Below are positions 1-10,692 of a stretch of 64,000 nt of DNA, piece by piece; position 1 is the stretch's first letter; every line of letters starts with the position of its first letter. The translations under genes were made by a program, and so were the position numbers. The stretch is taken from assembly GCA_040771865.1 (NCBI GenBank), contig JAXGZF010000006.1, positions 124,001 through 188,000 on the forward strand, in the 5' to 3' direction. The notes below the pieces were generated by a model that had not been told where the DNA came from, made no database searches, and saw only the letters and a program-made list of their open reading frames with translations. This stretch comes from Desulfobacterales bacterium (lineage in GTDB: Bacteria; Desulfobacterota; Desulfobacteria; Desulfobacterales; UBA2245).

Positions 1-233
1 CGGGCGGGATTCTTTCCGTAGAGGGAGACTTCGGCGTCGGAGCGGCAGTTCAATTTAAAAAAGCCGGAGATGACGCGTTGCTGGGGGCCGGACTGGTCAA
101 CTACAGCGCCGCGGATATTCGAAAGATCATGGGTCTGCGTTCCGACCGGATCGCATATCGAATCGGATCCAAACCCTATGACGAGGTGATCCATCGGAAC
201 AACATGGTGATCATGGATCAATGCGATATCTGA
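1..233 (+). CDS. proB: Glutamate 5-kinase, C-terminal PUA domain (partial, 5' end outside window)
   Basis: Hand translation from base 3 gives GGILSVEGDFGVGAAV...GLVNYSAADIRKIMG...YDEVIHRNNMVI, the ProB PUA signature. Stop TGA at 231-233; lies directly upstream of proA. Confidence 0.9.
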   Translation, partial: GGILSVEGDFGVGAAVQFKKAGDDALLGAGLVNYSAADIRKIMGLRSDRIAYRIGSKPYDEVIHRNNMVIMDQCDI

Positions 234-327
234 TGAATCAAAAGTCCGGTTCCGCAGCATTTCCGGCCCGGCCTGATGCGAATGTCCGTCGGCCTTCGGT
301 TCAGTGACGGTTTCAAAGGGGGGAAAC

Positions 328-1584
328 ATGTCTTTGGAAGCAACCATTGTCCGAATTGCAAAGGCGGCCAGAGCCGCCTCCGTTCAAATGGCCCGATGCG
401 CGCAGGAGAAAAAAAATCAGGCTCTGCTGAATATCGCAAAGCTGCTGGAAGCCGGGTCATTGCGGATTCAGGAAGAAAACCAGAAGGATCTGGAACGGGC
501 TCGCGAGATGGGCCTTTCCGCCGCAATGATCGACCGGCTGACGGTCAATCCGAAAACCCTCGCTTCCATGACCGAGGGGCTTCGCGATGTGGTAGGGCTC
601 GAGGATCCGGTCGGAGCGATCGCCAGAACATGGCGGCGGCCCAACGGGCTTCAGGTGTCCCGAATGCGCATTCCGCTGGGGGTTATCGGAATCATTTACG
701 AGTCCAGGCCCAATGTGACTGTCGATGCCGCCGCTCTCTGCCTGAAGGCGGGAAACGCCGTGATCCTGAGGGGCGGATCCGAAGCGTTTTTATCCAACCG
801 GATTCTGTCCGACATCATCAGCCAGGGGCTTTCCCGGGCCGGCTTGCCCGCCGAAGCCGTCCAGCTGGTGCCGGTTCGCGAAAGAGAAGCCGTCAATATT
901 CTGCTCCGCCAGGAGGAGGATGTCGATCTGATCATTCCCCGGGGCGGCGAGGGGCTGATCCGCTTTGTCGTGAAAAACTCCAGAATACCGGTTTTAAAGC
1001 ACTACAAAGGGGTCTGCCATGTGTATGTGGATGCGGGCGCCGACCATTCCATGGCCGAAGAGATCTGCTTCAACGCCAAGGTGCAGCGTCCGGGCGTGTG
1101 CAACGCCATGGAAACCCTTCTCGTGCACCAGAGCGAGGCCAAGGCCTTTCTGCCGAAAGTGGCCGCACGGCTTCAAGCCGCCGGCGTGGAGCTTCGGGGA
1201 TGTTCGAGAACACTTGCCGTGCTTCCGGGGATTCGGGCCGCCGAGGAAAGCGACTGGCCCGCCGAATATCTGGATCTGATCCTGGCCGTCAGAGTGGTTC
1301 AGGACATGGACGAGGCCCTGGCCCATATCGATCAACACGGCTCCAAACATACCGAGGCCATCGTGACCTCGGATTACCGCCGGGCCCGGCGGTTCGTCGC
1401 CGAGGCGGATTCGTCCGTGGTTCTGGTCAATGCTTCCACAAGGTTCAATGACGGAGGACAGCTCGGGCTGGGCGCGGAAATCGGCATCAGCACGTCCAAA
1501 CTGCATGCTTTCGGGCCCATGGGCCTTGAAGAACTCACCACCACGAAGTTCGTGGTTTTCGGCGACGGCCAGATTCGAAGCTGA
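328..1584 (+). CDS. proA: Gamma-glutamyl phosphate reductase (glutamate-5-semialdehyde dehydrogenase)
   Basis: Motifs [37 protein letters not shown] and [22 protein letters not shown] 328 preferred to GTG 304. Confidence 0.97.
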   Translation: MSLEATIVRIAKAARAASVQMARCAQEKKNQALLNIAKLLEAGSLRIQEENQKDLERAREMGLSAAMIDRLTVNPKTLASMTEGLRDVVGLEDPVGAIARTWRRPNGLQVSRMRIPLGVIGIIYESRPNVTVDAAALCLKAGNAVILRGGSEAFLSNRILSDIISQGLSRAGLPAEAVQLVPVREREAVNILLRQEEDVDLIIPRGGEGLIRFVVKNSRIPVLKHYKGVCHVYVDAGADHSMAEEICFNAKVQRPGVCNAMETLLVHQSEAKAFLPKVAARLQAAGVELRGCSRTLAVLPGIRAAEESDWPAEYLDLILAVRVVQDMDEALAHIDQHGSKHTEAIVTSDYRRARRFVAEADSSVVLVNASTRFNDGGQLGLGAEIGISTSKLHAFGPMGLEELTTTKFVVFGDGQIRS

Positions 1585-1599
1585 CCGCGAAGGAGTCGG

Positions 1600-2253
1600 G
1601 TGAAGCGCATCGGCCTTTTCGGAGGAACGTTCAATCCCATCCATCTGGGACACCTGCGTACGGCCGTGGAGGTGGGCGAGAAACTGAGTCTGGATGTTGT
1701 GTTTCTCATTCCTTCGGCCCTTCCTCCGCACAAGGACTCGACCGCGTTGATCAGCGCCGAAGACCGCCTGGCCATGGCGCGCATCGCCGTTGAAGGCAGT
1801 GGGCTGTTTCAGGTGTCCGACGTGGAACTCATGCGCTCCGGTCCTTCTTATACCATCGATACGGTTCGGTATTTCAAGTCCCGTTTCGGCGATGCGGCGC
1901 TGTTCTGGATCGTCGGCGCCGACGCCTTCCTGGAACTGGATACCTGGAAGGACTACCAGACCCTTCTGGATGAAATCGCATTTGTCGTCATGACCCGGCC
2001 CGGCTTTCCGGCCGGGGAAAACATGCGGGATGCCATGGACGATTTTATCCGTTCGAAAATATCCGGCGAATACCGTTCGGAACCATCCGGATATTTCCAC
2101 CCTGAAAAAAAACCGATTCTGCCGGTTCGGGTCAGTCTGATCGAAATCTCTTCCTCCAGAATGCGCGAGCTGATTCAGGCCGGAAGATCCATCGAGTACA
2201 TGGCGCCTGAAAGGGTGCTGGCGTTTATCAAGGAAAAGAGGCTGTATATATGA
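1600..2253 (+). CDS. nadD: Nicotinate-nucleotide adenylyltransferase
   Basis: GGTFNPIHLGH (HxGH), SYTIDT, GADAF and ISSS motifs; conserved proA-nadD-rsfS order. Confidence 0.96.
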   Translation: MKRIGLFGGTFNPIHLGHLRTAVEVGEKLSLDVVFLIPSALPPHKDSTALISAEDRLAMARIAVEGSGLFQVSDVELMRSGPSYTIDTVRYFKSRFGDAALFWIVGADAFLELDTWKDYQTLLDEIAFVVMTRPGFPAGENMRDAMDDFIRSKISGEYRSEPSGYFHPEKKPILPVRVSLIEISSSRMRELIQAGRSIEYMAPERVLAFIKEKRLYI

Positions 2254-2654
2254 AACTGCAACCGGATCCCGCCCTGGCTTCCTACATCAAGGCCATACTG
2301 AGTAGAAAGGCCCTGGGCCTGACGGTTCTCGATGTCCGGAAGCTCACCTCACTGGCCGATGTGTTCATGATCTGCAGCGGACGGTCCAACCGGCAGGTGA
2401 CCGCCATTGCCGAGCACATTCAAAGAGATCTCAAGAATCAGGGCATCAAGCCGCTGAGCGTGGAGGGAATGCGGGAAGGGCACTGGGTTCTGCTGGATTA
2501 CGGGCATGTGATTATTCATGTCTTTTACGAGCCGGTTCGCGGTTTTTACGATCTGGAAGGCCTGTGGACCGACGCCGGAAGAATCGATGTGGAAGCCTCG
2601 TTTCCGGGAATTTCAAAAATCGCTTTTCAGCAGGAGGACCTGGAGAATGAATAA
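2250..2654 (+). CDS. rsfS: Ribosome silencing factor (Iojap family)
   Basis: WVLLDYGHVIIHVF...RGFYDLEGLW motif; ATGA overlap with nadD. Confidence 0.96.
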   Translation: MKLQPDPALASYIKAILSRKALGLTVLDVRKLTSLADVFMICSGRSNRQVTAIAEHIQRDLKNQGIKPLSVEGMREGHWVLLDYGHVIIHVFYEPVRGFYDLEGLWTDAGRIDVEASFPGISKIAFQQEDLENE

Positions 2655-4188
2655 GACGCGACCCTTTCTGCTGATGATTCTCGACGGCTGGGGAATCGGC
2701 CCCGAAACTCCTTCCAATGCCGTGGCCGCGGCACGTACCCCGTTTCTGGACCGCCTGGCTAAAGACTACCCCCATACCCGCCTGATCTGCTCCGGAGAAG
2801 CCGTGGGGCTTCCGCCGGGCGTGATGGGAAATTCAGAGGTGGGACACCTGAACATCGGCGCCGGTCGCATCGTCTACCAGGACCTGATGCGGATCAACCG
2901 GTCCATTCAGGACGGTTCCCTTGAAAAGAACGAGGCGCTTTGCCGCCTGATGGACCGGGTGAAAGCTTCCGGATCCGTTCTTCATCTTCTGGGACTGGTT
3001 TCGGACGGCGGGGTTCACAGTCATCTCGATCATTTGCTGGCCCTGGTGAAAATGGCCAGGAACCGGGGGCTTGACAGAGTTTTCATTCACGCCGTGCTGG
3101 ACGGCCGGGATACGCCGCCGGACAGCGGCGCCGGTTATGTTCGGCGCATTCAGGGCAGCGTCGGCCCCGGAAGGATCGCCACGATCTGCGGGCGCTACTT
3201 TGCCATGGACCGGGACAAGCGGTGGGATCGGGTGCAAAAGGCCTATCGGCTTTATACACAGGGGATCGGCATTCCCGAAACCGATCCGGTTTCGGCTGTT
3301 CAAAATGCGTACAGCCGGGGTGAAACCGACGAATTTGTCCGGCCGGTTGTGATGACCGATGCATCGGCAAAACCGCTGGCCGCCTTTGAAGACGGCGACG
3401 GGGCGATCTTTTTTAATTTTCGCGCCGACCGGGCCAGGGAAATTACGCAGGCGTTGACGGATCCCGGGTTTACGGGCTTTGCGCGGAGTGTGTTTCCCTC
3501 GCTGTGCGGCTTTGTCTGCATGACCCGGTATGATGAGAAATTCGATCTTCCGGTCGCCTTCGGTCCGGTTCATCTGGAACGGATTCTCGGCGAGACGATC
3601 AGCAGCCTGGGTCTTCGCCAGCTTCGCATCGCGGAAACGGAAAAATACGCCCACGTGACCTATTTCTTCAACGGCGGCGAGGAGACGAAATTTCCCCTTG
3701 AGGACCGGTGTCTGATTCCATCGCCCAGAGATGTGGCGACCTATGATCTCAAGCCGGAGATGAGCGCGCGCGAGGTGGCTGAGGAAACCGTTTCCCGCAT
3801 CCGGTCCGGTCAATATGATCTGATCGTTTTGAATTTTGCCAACATGGACATGGTGGGGCATACCGGCGTGTTCGAAGCCGCGGTGCGGGCCTGTGAAACC
3901 GTGGATCAATGCGTGGCGAAGGTCGTTTCCGAGATGCTGGCTCGAAACGGCACCGTGCTGGTGACGGCGGATCACGGCAACGCCGAAAGCATGGCCGATG
4001 AAAACGGGCATCCCCACACGGCCCATACGCTCAATCCGGTGCCCTTTATTCTGGTGGATGAAACGCGAAAATCCGTTTCCCTGAGAAGCGAAGGCGTTCT
4101 GGCCGATATTGCGCCCACCCTTCTGGAGATCATGGGAATAGAAATCCCCGGCCCGATGACGGGTCGGGGACTGATTCAGTCCGAATGA
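2647..4188 (+). CDS. gpmI: 2,3-bisphosphoglycerate-independent phosphoglycerate mutase
   Basis: LMILDGWG, MGNSEVGH, AETEKYAHVTYFFNGG, DMVGHTG and TADHGNAE motifs. Start re-assigned to ATG 2647, overlapping the rsfS end. Confidence 0.97.
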   Translation: MNKTRPFLLMILDGWGIGPETPSNAVAAARTPFLDRLAKDYPHTRLICSGEAVGLPPGVMGNSEVGHLNIGAGRIVYQDLMRINRSIQDGSLEKNEALCRLMDRVKASGSVLHLLGLVSDGGVHSHLDHLLALVKMARNRGLDRVFIHAVLDGRDTPPDSGAGYVRRIQGSVGPGRIATICGRYFAMDRDKRWDRVQKAYRLYTQGIGIPETDPVSAVQNAYSRGETDEFVRPVVMTDASAKPLAAFEDGDGAIFFNFRADRAREITQALTDPGFTGFARSVFPSLCGFVCMTRYDEKFDLPVAFGPVHLERILGETISSLGLRQLRIAETEKYAHVTYFFNGGEETKFPLEDRCLIPSPRDVATYDLKPEMSAREVAEETVSRIRSGQYDLIVLNFANMDMVGHTGVFEAAVRACETVDQCVAKVVSEMLARNGTVLVTADHGNAESMADENGHPHTAHTLNPVPFILVDETRKSVSLRSEGVLADIAPTLLEIMGIEIPGPMTGRGLIQSE

Positions 4189-4231
4189 CGGGTTAAAACG
4201 GCAGAATCAGGGTATGGCTTTCGCCCGTATC

Positions 4232-4430
4232 TTATTTCGGCAGTTGAGGGCGCAGGTTTTTTGCCGAAGTCGCCTCTCCGGGAAAGAACACAAATCCGTG
4301 CGCCAGGTTCCCCGAATCGATCGCCCTGTTTTGCTGCGATTTCTGATTCAGATCGGCAATCTCCCTTCGAGCGTCGTCGGCTTCATATCCGCCGCCGACT
4401 CCTCCTGTTGCGCGCCGGCGGCTGCTCCCG
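4232..4430 (-). pseudogene. Probable C-terminal gene remnant (no start codon; frameshifted)
   Basis: Minus frame ending at TAA 4232-4234 reads ...TGGVGGGYEADDARREIADLNQKSQQNRAIDSGNLAHGFVFFPGEATSAKNLRPQLPK*. A GAAAGA segment lies just upstream in a different frame. Confidence 0.4.
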
Positions 4431-4465
4431 GAAATTCTTTACAGGCGCTTCCTCTGATAACGCGT

Positions 4466-5242
4466 TTATTTCATTTTCCAGTTCGGGGAACGTTTTTCCT
4501 GAAAGGCGGCCAGCCCCTCCTGAGCATCTTCGGTAACGCAGAGCGACGCGAACAGATCGGTCAGATAATCCAGGCCCCTGTGGTAGGGCAAATCGTCCAT
4601 GGCATAAATTCCCTTCTTTCCGATCTGAAGCGCCAGTGGACTTTTTGCCGCCAGTTTTCCGGCCAGTTCCATCGTGGCGGCTTCCAGCTGATCGTCCGGG
4701 ACTACCTTGTTGACCAGGCCGAGCCGCAGGGCTTCGGCGGCGGAGATAATATCGCCGGTCAGCACCATTTCCAGGGCCTTCTTTCTTCCGGCCTGCCGCA
4801 TCAGGGGGGCCGCCGGCCCCAGGCAGATCAGCCCCACATTGATGGCCGTGGTGCCGAATTTGGCTCTTTCCGACGCAACCGCCATATCGCAGGCAAAGAC
4901 CAGTCCGGCGCCATTGGCAATGGCTATTCCGTGGACCGAGGCGATCACGGGTTTTTTCATCTTGGATATCGTGTGATTGTGCTCGTCCATCCCTTTCAGA
5001 AATTCTCGAAATTCCTTGTGGGATTTCCCCTTGAATTCATCCAGGGAGATGCCGGTTGAAAACTTACGGCCGTTTGCCCGAATCACAACGACGCGAACCT
5101 CGTCGTCGTTGTCCAGGGCCACAAGACTGTCATTCAGCTGGCGGGCAAAGGGAACGTTGAAGGTATTAAAGTCATCCGGCCGGTTCAGGGTAATGATGCC
5201 GATGTGCTGCTGCTTTTCAACGAGAATTTCCTTGTTGCTCAT
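4466..5242 (-). CDS. Enoyl-CoA hydratase/isomerase (crotonase superfamily) protein
   Basis: ITLNRP, KPVIASVHG, LVFACD, ISAAEALRLGLVNKVV and EGLAAFQEKRSP motifs; GGAGGA RBS. Confidence 0.92.
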   Translation of the reverse strand: MSNKEILVEKQQHIGIITLNRPDDFNTFNVPFARQLNDSLVALDNDDEVRVVVIRANGRKFSTGISLDEFKGKSHKEFREFLKGMDEHNHTISKMKKPVIASVHGIAIANGAGLVFACDMAVASERAKFGTTAINVGLICLGPAAPLMRQAGRKKALEMVLTGDIISAAEALRLGLVNKVVPDDQLEAATMELAGKLAAKSPLALQIGKKGIYAMDDLPYHRGLDYLTDLFASLCVTEDAQEGLAAFQEKRSPNWKMK

Positions 5243-5377
5243 GGTTCCATCCTCCTGTAGTATTGTTTATTCCCAAATTCTCGGAGTTTACGGCCTTCTA
5301 TGCCGGCGATGCCGGTTTTTCTTCATACGCTTCCGGCTGCACGTGCAGCGCCTGTTCGATCGGACGGGGGTTATGGA

Positions 5378-6601
5378 TCAGGCCAGGGCGGTCTTGATCC
5401 GTTCCATGGCTTTTTGCACGTTTTCATACTGGTTGAATGCGCTGATTCGTATATAGCCCCGTCCGCATCGGCCGAATCCGGCGCCCGGCGTGCATACCAC
5501 TCCGGCCTTATTGAGCAGCAGGTCGAAAAACTCCCACGAATCGCGCCGGCCGTCCACCCAGATGTACGGAGAATTTTCTCCGCCCGTGCATTCATACCCC
5601 AGCGCGGTCATTTCTTTTCGAATCAGCGCGGCGTTTTTCAGATAGTAGTCCACCAGCTGTCGCGTCTGGGCCTTTCCCTCATCGGAGTAAACCGCCTCGG
5701 CCGCCCGCTGAACCGGGTAGGATACGCCGTTGAATTTGGTGCAGTGGCGACGGTTCCAGAGGGAATGCAGCGCCTGAGGCCGGCCTTGTGCGTCAAAGGC
5801 CGCGCAGTTTTTGGGAATCACGGTAAACGCGCACCGGGTGCCGGTGAAGCCGGCGGTCTTGGAAAAACTTCGAAACTCGATGGCCACCTCGCGGGCGCCT
5901 TCGATCTCGTAAATGGACCGGGGAAGGGACGGATCGCGGATAAAGGCTTCGTAAGCGGCGTCATAGAGAATCAGGGCCTTGTTGTTTCGGGCATGGTCCA
6001 CCCATGATTTCAACTGGTTCCGGGTGATGGTCGCTCCCGTTGGATTGTTGGGAAAACACAGGTAGATCAGGTCCACAGGCTCCCGGGGCAGTTCGGGAAT
6101 AAACCCGTTTTCCCGGGTGCTCTCGAGGTAGTGCAGTCCCGTGTAGCGGCCGTCTTCAAACGCCCCGGTGCGGCCGGCCATGACATTGGTATCCACATAG
6201 ACCGGATACACCGGATCCGGAACCGCGATCCGGGTGTTGACGGCAAACAGCTCCTGAATATTTCCGGTATCGCACTTGGCGCCGTCGCTGATGAAGATTT
6301 CATCCGCAGAGATATCGGCGCCGTGGGCCTGAAAATCATTTTTCGCGATGGCTTCTCTTAAGAAGGCATAACCCTGTTCCGGACCGTAGCCGCGAAAGCT
6401 GTCCTCCCGCCCCATTTCATCGGCAGCCTTGTGCAGCGCCTCGATACAGGCGCGGGGAAGCGCGCGGGTTACATCCCCGATGCCCAGCTTGATCACCTCG
6501 CGTTCCGGGTTGGCCGCCTGAAAGGCCACAACCCGGCGGGCGATGTCCGTAAAGAGGTAAGAAGCCTGAAGTTTCAGATAATGTTCATTGATTGCGATCA
6601 T
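5378..6601 (-). CDS. dapL: LL-diaminopimelate aminotransferase
   Basis: [43 protein letters not shown] and TKFNGVSY motifs. Confidence 0.96.
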   Translation of the reverse strand: MIAINEHYLKLQASYLFTDIARRVVAFQAANPEREVIKLGIGDVTRALPRACIEALHKAADEMGREDSFRGYGPEQGYAFLREAIAKNDFQAHGADISADEIFISDGAKCDTGNIQELFAVNTRIAVPDPVYPVYVDTNVMAGRTGAFEDGRYTGLHYLESTRENGFIPELPREPVDLIYLCFPNNPTGATITRNQLKSWVDHARNNKALILYDAAYEAFIRDPSLPRSIYEIEGAREVAIEFRSFSKTAGFTGTRCAFTVIPKNCAAFDAQGRPQALHSLWNRRHCTKFNGVSYPVQRAAEAVYSDEGKAQTRQLVDYYLKNAALIRKEMTALGYECTGGENSPYIWVDGRRDSWEFFDLLLNKAGVVCTPGAGFGRCGRGYIRISAFNQYENVQKAMERIKTALA

Positions 6602-6730
6602 GAATGTATTCTTTCACTGTTTCAGTATGGCCCCAAGTATTGAAGCTGAACTATGCCCAAATGATTCTCATATGTCAAGCTGCGGCCGGAGCCCGCCAGT
6701 GCTGCAATAGAGATTGTCGACGCCTGCAAT

Positions 6731-8164
6731 TCAACCCTTGATCACCGCCATGGGACGAAGTCGGGCCACCTTGGTGGAGATTCCCGCGCCGTGAACCACC
6801 TCGACCACCTCGGAAACGTCCTTGTAGGCTTCCGGCATCTCCTCGGCCAGAGTGGATCGTCCCGTCCATCGCACCAGAATGCCCTGGTCTTCGAGTTCCC
6901 GGTAGATGGACCGGCCCTTGCTCTGCTTTTTGGCGGCTTTCCGGCTCAGCACGCGCCCGGCCCCGTGACAGGTCGATCCGAAGGTCTCGTCCATCGCCTT
7001 CTGGGTCCCCACCATGACGTACGAGGCGGTTCCCATGTCTCCGGGAACCAGTACGGGCTGACCGGTCTTCCGGTACTCGACGCACAGCGACTCGTGGCCC
7101 GGAGCAAAGGCCCGGGTGGCACCCTTCCGGTGAACGCACAGGGTCCGGGGTTTTCCCTCGATTCGGTGCGTTTCTTTTTTGGCGATGTTGTGACAGACAT
7201 CGTAAATTTGATTCATGGCCAGATCCCGGGGGCTGATTTCAAAGACACGCAAAAAAGCCTGCCGGGTATGATGAAGCAGAATCTGGCGGTTGGCCCAGGC
7301 GTAGTTGGCCGCGCAGGCCATGGCATGAAAGTATCGCTTCCCGAGTTCGGACTGGATCATGGCGCAGGCCAGCTGCCGGTCGGGCAGTTGAATGCCGAGC
7401 TTTTGAACCTCCCGGGCCATGGATGCCAGAAAATCATCGCATACCTGATATCCGAGTCCGCGTGATCCGGAGTGAAGCAGCACGGTGACCTGGCCGACAA
7501 ACAGTCCGAATGCTTCGGCAATTCGAGGATCGTAGATCTCGTCGACCCGGCCCACCTCAAGAAAATGGTTTCCGGATCCCAGGGTGCCCAGCTGATTTCG
7601 ACCTCTCTCCAGAGCCCTCTGACTGACGGCTTCGGCATCGGCGTCGGTCATGCATCCGTTGTCTTCGGTTCGAGCCAGGTCCGCATCCTCGCCGAAACCG
7701 CGGCTCACGGCCCACTGGCTGCCGTGTCGAAGCACGTTCTTTTCGTCCGAGGGACTGAGTTTGACCTGGCCCGTGGATCCGACCCCTGAGGGGATGCTCT
7801 GATACAGCGCATTGACCAGATCCTCGAGTCTGGGCCGGATATCCGAGGCGATCAGCTGCGTTGCGGCCAGACGCACCCCGCAGTTGATATCGTATCCGAC
7901 GCCTCCCGGAGAAATGACGCCTGTCTCCCAGTCAAAGGCGGCCACGCCGCCGATGGGGAATCCGTATCCCCAGTGCATGTCGGGCATGGCCAGGGATGCT
8001 TTGACAATGCCGGGCAGGGTCGCCACATTGGCCACCTGTTTGAGGGCCTCGTCCTGCTCCATGCCCTTGAGCAGCTTGCGGCTGGCATACACCATGCCGG
8101 GCACCCGCATGTTGCCGGATTGCGGAAGCTCCCAACGAAAATCGTCGATTTTTCTAAGTTCCAT
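6731..8164 (-). CDS. rtcB: RtcB family RNA 3'-phosphate ligase (archaeal/eukaryote-like length)
   Basis: MPDMHWGYGFPIG, GYDINCGVR, GTLGSGNHFLE, HSGSRG, HNIAK, HRKGAT, CHGAGR and EEMPEAYK motifs. Confidence 0.97.
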   Translation of the reverse strand: MELRKIDDFRWELPQSGNMRVPGMVYASRKLLKGMEQDEALKQVANVATLPGIVKASLAMPDMHWGYGFPIGGVAAFDWETGVISPGGVGYDINCGVRLAATQLIASDIRPRLEDLVNALYQSIPSGVGSTGQVKLSPSDEKNVLRHGSQWAVSRGFGEDADLARTEDNGCMTDADAEAVSQRALERGRNQLGTLGSGNHFLEVGRVDEIYDPRIAEAFGLFVGQVTVLLHSGSRGLGYQVCDDFLASMAREVQKLGIQLPDRQLACAMIQSELGKRYFHAMACAANYAWANRQILLHHTRQAFLRVFEISPRDLAMNQIYDVCHNIAKKETHRIEGKPRTLCVHRKGATRAFAPGHESLCVEYRKTGQPVLVPGDMGTASYVMVGTQKAMDETFGSTCHGAGRVLSRKAAKKQSKGRSIYRELEDQGILVRWTGRSTLAEEMPEAYKDVSEVVEVVHGAGISTKVARLRPMAVIKG

Positions 8165-8179
8165 AAGGCGCCTCCCTGG

Positions 8180-8608
8180 CTAGACATCGAAGATGATGCG
8201 GGCTTCCCAGCCGGACCCGGCTGGTTCCACCGCGATCTGATGATAGGTGACGGCCTTGATCTCTTCCTCGATGCGATGACGGTCCGGATCAAAGGAATCA
8301 TAATGGATTTCGGCGCTCAGATGATATTCCCGGAGCGTCAGAATCCGTGCCTGCTTGACGAGCCGCCGTTCTCCGTTCCAGAGATAGAGAAGTTCTCGAA
8401 GCCAGTTTACCATAAGATCCGGCCAGTCCGCACCGGATATTTCAAGAACCTGGCGCTCCATGCCCTGCAGGGCGCCGATATGCGTAATCCGGTCAAACAC
8501 GGCAAAGGCCGCGGCCTCGAACAGGTCGGGCAGATCCCTTCCGAAGATGCGCAAGCCGAGATCGGCCGTATGATCGATCAGTTCATAGCGTTTACGGGGC
8601 ATATGCAT
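8180..8608 (-). CDS. Archease (RtcB cofactor)
   Basis: N-terminal DHTAD, EIKAVTYH and C-terminal FDV; immediately upstream of rtcB. Confidence 0.95.
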   Translation of the reverse strand: MHMPRKRYELIDHTADLGLRIFGRDLPDLFEAAAFAVFDRITHIGALQGMERQVLEISGADWPDLMVNWLRELLYLWNGERRLVKQARILTLREYHLSAEIHYDSFDPDRHRIEEEIKAVTYHQIAVEPAGSGWEARIIFDV

Positions 8609-8619
8609 AACGGGTGTTT

Positions 8620-8695
8620 TAACAGACTGTTGAAAGACCGGGCATCAGGCCGCCATGCGACTTTGCATCCGGATTCCTGTTTTTCAGCAGTATTG
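8620..8695. mobile_element. Internally deleted copy of MITE-like element family A
   Basis: taacagactgttgaaagaccgggcatcaggccgccat aligns with the reverse complement of the right end of 14165-14313 (tagcaggctgttgaaaaactgcgcctgaggccgccat). The other end, gattcctgtttttcagcag, matches gatccttgtttttcaacac. Confidence 0.65.
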
Positions 8696-8701
8696 CGCTC
8701 T

Positions 8702-10639
8702 TCAGAATTCCGCTTTGAGCTTCCCCATGTCGTCGAGGCGATACCCGCCCATGGCCTGAACCCGCTTTTGAAACGAGGGGCTATGAAGAACGCTCAAAAG
8801 GTTCTGAATCATCGGAGTTTCAAAATGCACCCGTGGAATCACCAGGTCGTATTCTTCGGTGGCGACTGGAATAAAATCCAGACCCAGGGCCCTGGCCGCG
8901 GCGTAAATGCCGAGCCCGGCGTCGACGGCATTGCTCAGCACGGCCACGGCAACGTTCATGTGGGTGAATTCCTCAAGGGCATACCCGTTGATGGACTGCG
9001 GATCGATGCCCGATTGCTTCAGGTGATAGTCCAGCAGGATTCGGGTGCCCGAGCCAGCCTGGCGGTTGATGAACCGGATGCCCTTTCGGGTCAGATCTCC
9101 GATGCTTTCAATGGACCTGGGGTTTCCCGGAGAAACGATCAGGCCCTGTTCGCGGTGGACCAGGCGAACGATTTTGACCGGAATCCCCGGCAGATATTTT
9201 TGAACGTACGACAGATTGTAGGAGCCGTCGCTTTCATCCAGAAGATGGCAGCCGGCCATGTGGGCGACCCTGCGTTTCAGGGCCAGAAGTCCGCCCATGC
9301 TGCCCACGTGGTTCGAGGCAAGGCTCTGGGCCGGAAATTGTCTGTGAAGCTCGTCGGCCAGCACATCCAGGCAGTTGTCATGGCTTCCCACGACCATCAC
9401 CGTGTTGCAGACTGCTGAAAGGGGTTTGAGCAGCTCGGCTTCCACGGTCTCATGGGCGTTAATGCCTTCGACAAGTTCGGAAATGCGGATGATCCCGTCG
9501 GCCTGGGTTAAAGAGGTGATGGTTCCCGATCCGCGGGGCAGAGGCGAGGCGACCACTCGATCCCCCACGCGGCCGAGTTTGACCCGCACAAACTCCTCGG
9601 TTCCCAGCTTTGAAGGGATCTTGCGGGCCGGATTGACAGGGGTTCTGTTTCTTTCCGGTTCCTGCTGGGACAGCATGCGGCAGATCAGAGGCTGAACAAG
9701 CTGTTCAAAGGCGATAATGGCGGATACCGGGTATCCGGGAAGTCCGATGACCGGCTTATGGTTCACCTTTCCGATAACAACGGGTTTGCCGGGCATCATG
9801 GCCACGCCGTGAATCAGAACGGTTCCCAGGTCCTCGATCACCCGCCTGGTGAAGTCGGCGGACCCGGCCGAAGAGCCGCCGATCATCAGCACCAGGTCGT
9901 AATTCGATTCCGCGGCCTGTTTCACCGTCCGTCGCAGAATATCCAGATCGTCGGAGAGAATGGCATTTCTTTCAAACGTGCCGCCGCAGGCCTTGATCAG
10001 ATTTCCGATCACATGACTGTTGCTTTCGATCACCTGGCCGGGCTTTAAATTGCACGGATCGGTTGCATTGCAGTCCACCAGTTCAGATCCGGTGGGAATG
10101 ATAAGCGCTTCGGGCGCCTTGCGAACGCAAACCTCGAATATTCCCGCCGCCAGCAGCGCGCCGATGCAGTACGGCGTGATCCGGTGGTTCTGCGGAAAAA
10201 GCATCTCGGTGGCCACGATGTCTTCGCCCATTTTCCGGACATGCTGCCAGGGGAAGGCAGGCGCTTCGATGATCACCTGATTCTCCGAGGGCGATTGGAC
10301 ATGTTCGATCATGATCACCGCATTGGTTCCCTCGGGCAGGGGATGGCCGGTGTTGACATAAAAAGCCTCGGTTCCGACGGACAGGGTTCGGGGGGTCGAT
10401 TCATGGGCGCCGAAGGTGGTTTCGGCCGAAACCGCGATTCCATCCATGGCTGCGGCGTGAAAATGCGGTGAGCAGCATTGGGCCGTCACCGGTTCGGCCA
10501 GGATCCGGCCGACGGATTCAGGAACGGGCAGGATTTCAACCGCGTTGTTCCGGGCCGCGTCAAAAGCGCTCAGCATGATGCTTTTCGCCTCGGACAGGGT
10601 TTTCATCCTTAAATAGATATTCCGGCGATGATGGGTCAT
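8702..10639 (-). CDS. moeA: Molybdopterin biosynthesis MoeA fused to a C-terminal periplasmic-binding-protein-like domain
   Basis: AAMDG, PTGSEL, GGSSAGSADF and LPGYPVSA motifs, then a PBP-like part (GSHD, VGSMGG, REQGL, NRQAGSGTR, FTHMNVA). Confidence 0.92.
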   Translation of the reverse strand: MTHHRRNIYLRMKTLSEAKSIMLSAFDAARNNAVEILPVPESVGRILAEPVTAQCCSPHFHAAAMDGIAVSAETTFGAHESTPRTLSVGTEAFYVNTGHPLPEGTNAVIMIEHVQSPSENQVIIEAPAFPWQHVRKMGEDIVATEMLFPQNHRITPYCIGALLAAGIFEVCVRKAPEALIIPTGSELVDCNATDPCNLKPGQVIESNSHVIGNLIKACGGTFERNAILSDDLDILRRTVKQAAESNYDLVLMIGGSSAGSADFTRRVIEDLGTVLIHGVAMMPGKPVVIGKVNHKPVIGLPGYPVSAIIAFEQLVQPLICRMLSQQEPERNRTPVNPARKIPSKLGTEEFVRVKLGRVGDRVVASPLPRGSGTITSLTQADGIIRISELVEGINAHETVEAELLKPLSAVCNTVMVVGSHDNCLDVLADELHRQFPAQSLASNHVGSMGGLLALKRRVAHMAGCHLLDESDGSYNLSYVQKYLPGIPVKIVRLVHREQGLIVSPGNPRSIESIGDLTRKGIRFINRQAGSGTRILLDYHLKQSGIDPQSINGYALEEFTHMNVAVAVLSNAVDAGLGIYAAARALGLDFIPVATEEYDLVIPRVHFETPMIQNLLSVLHSPSFQKRVQAMGGYRLDDMGKLKAEF

Positions 10640-10692
10640 GGTCTGTGAATTTAATACTCCGTTAGCGGGTTATTCAAAAGGATTCAAGGAGT

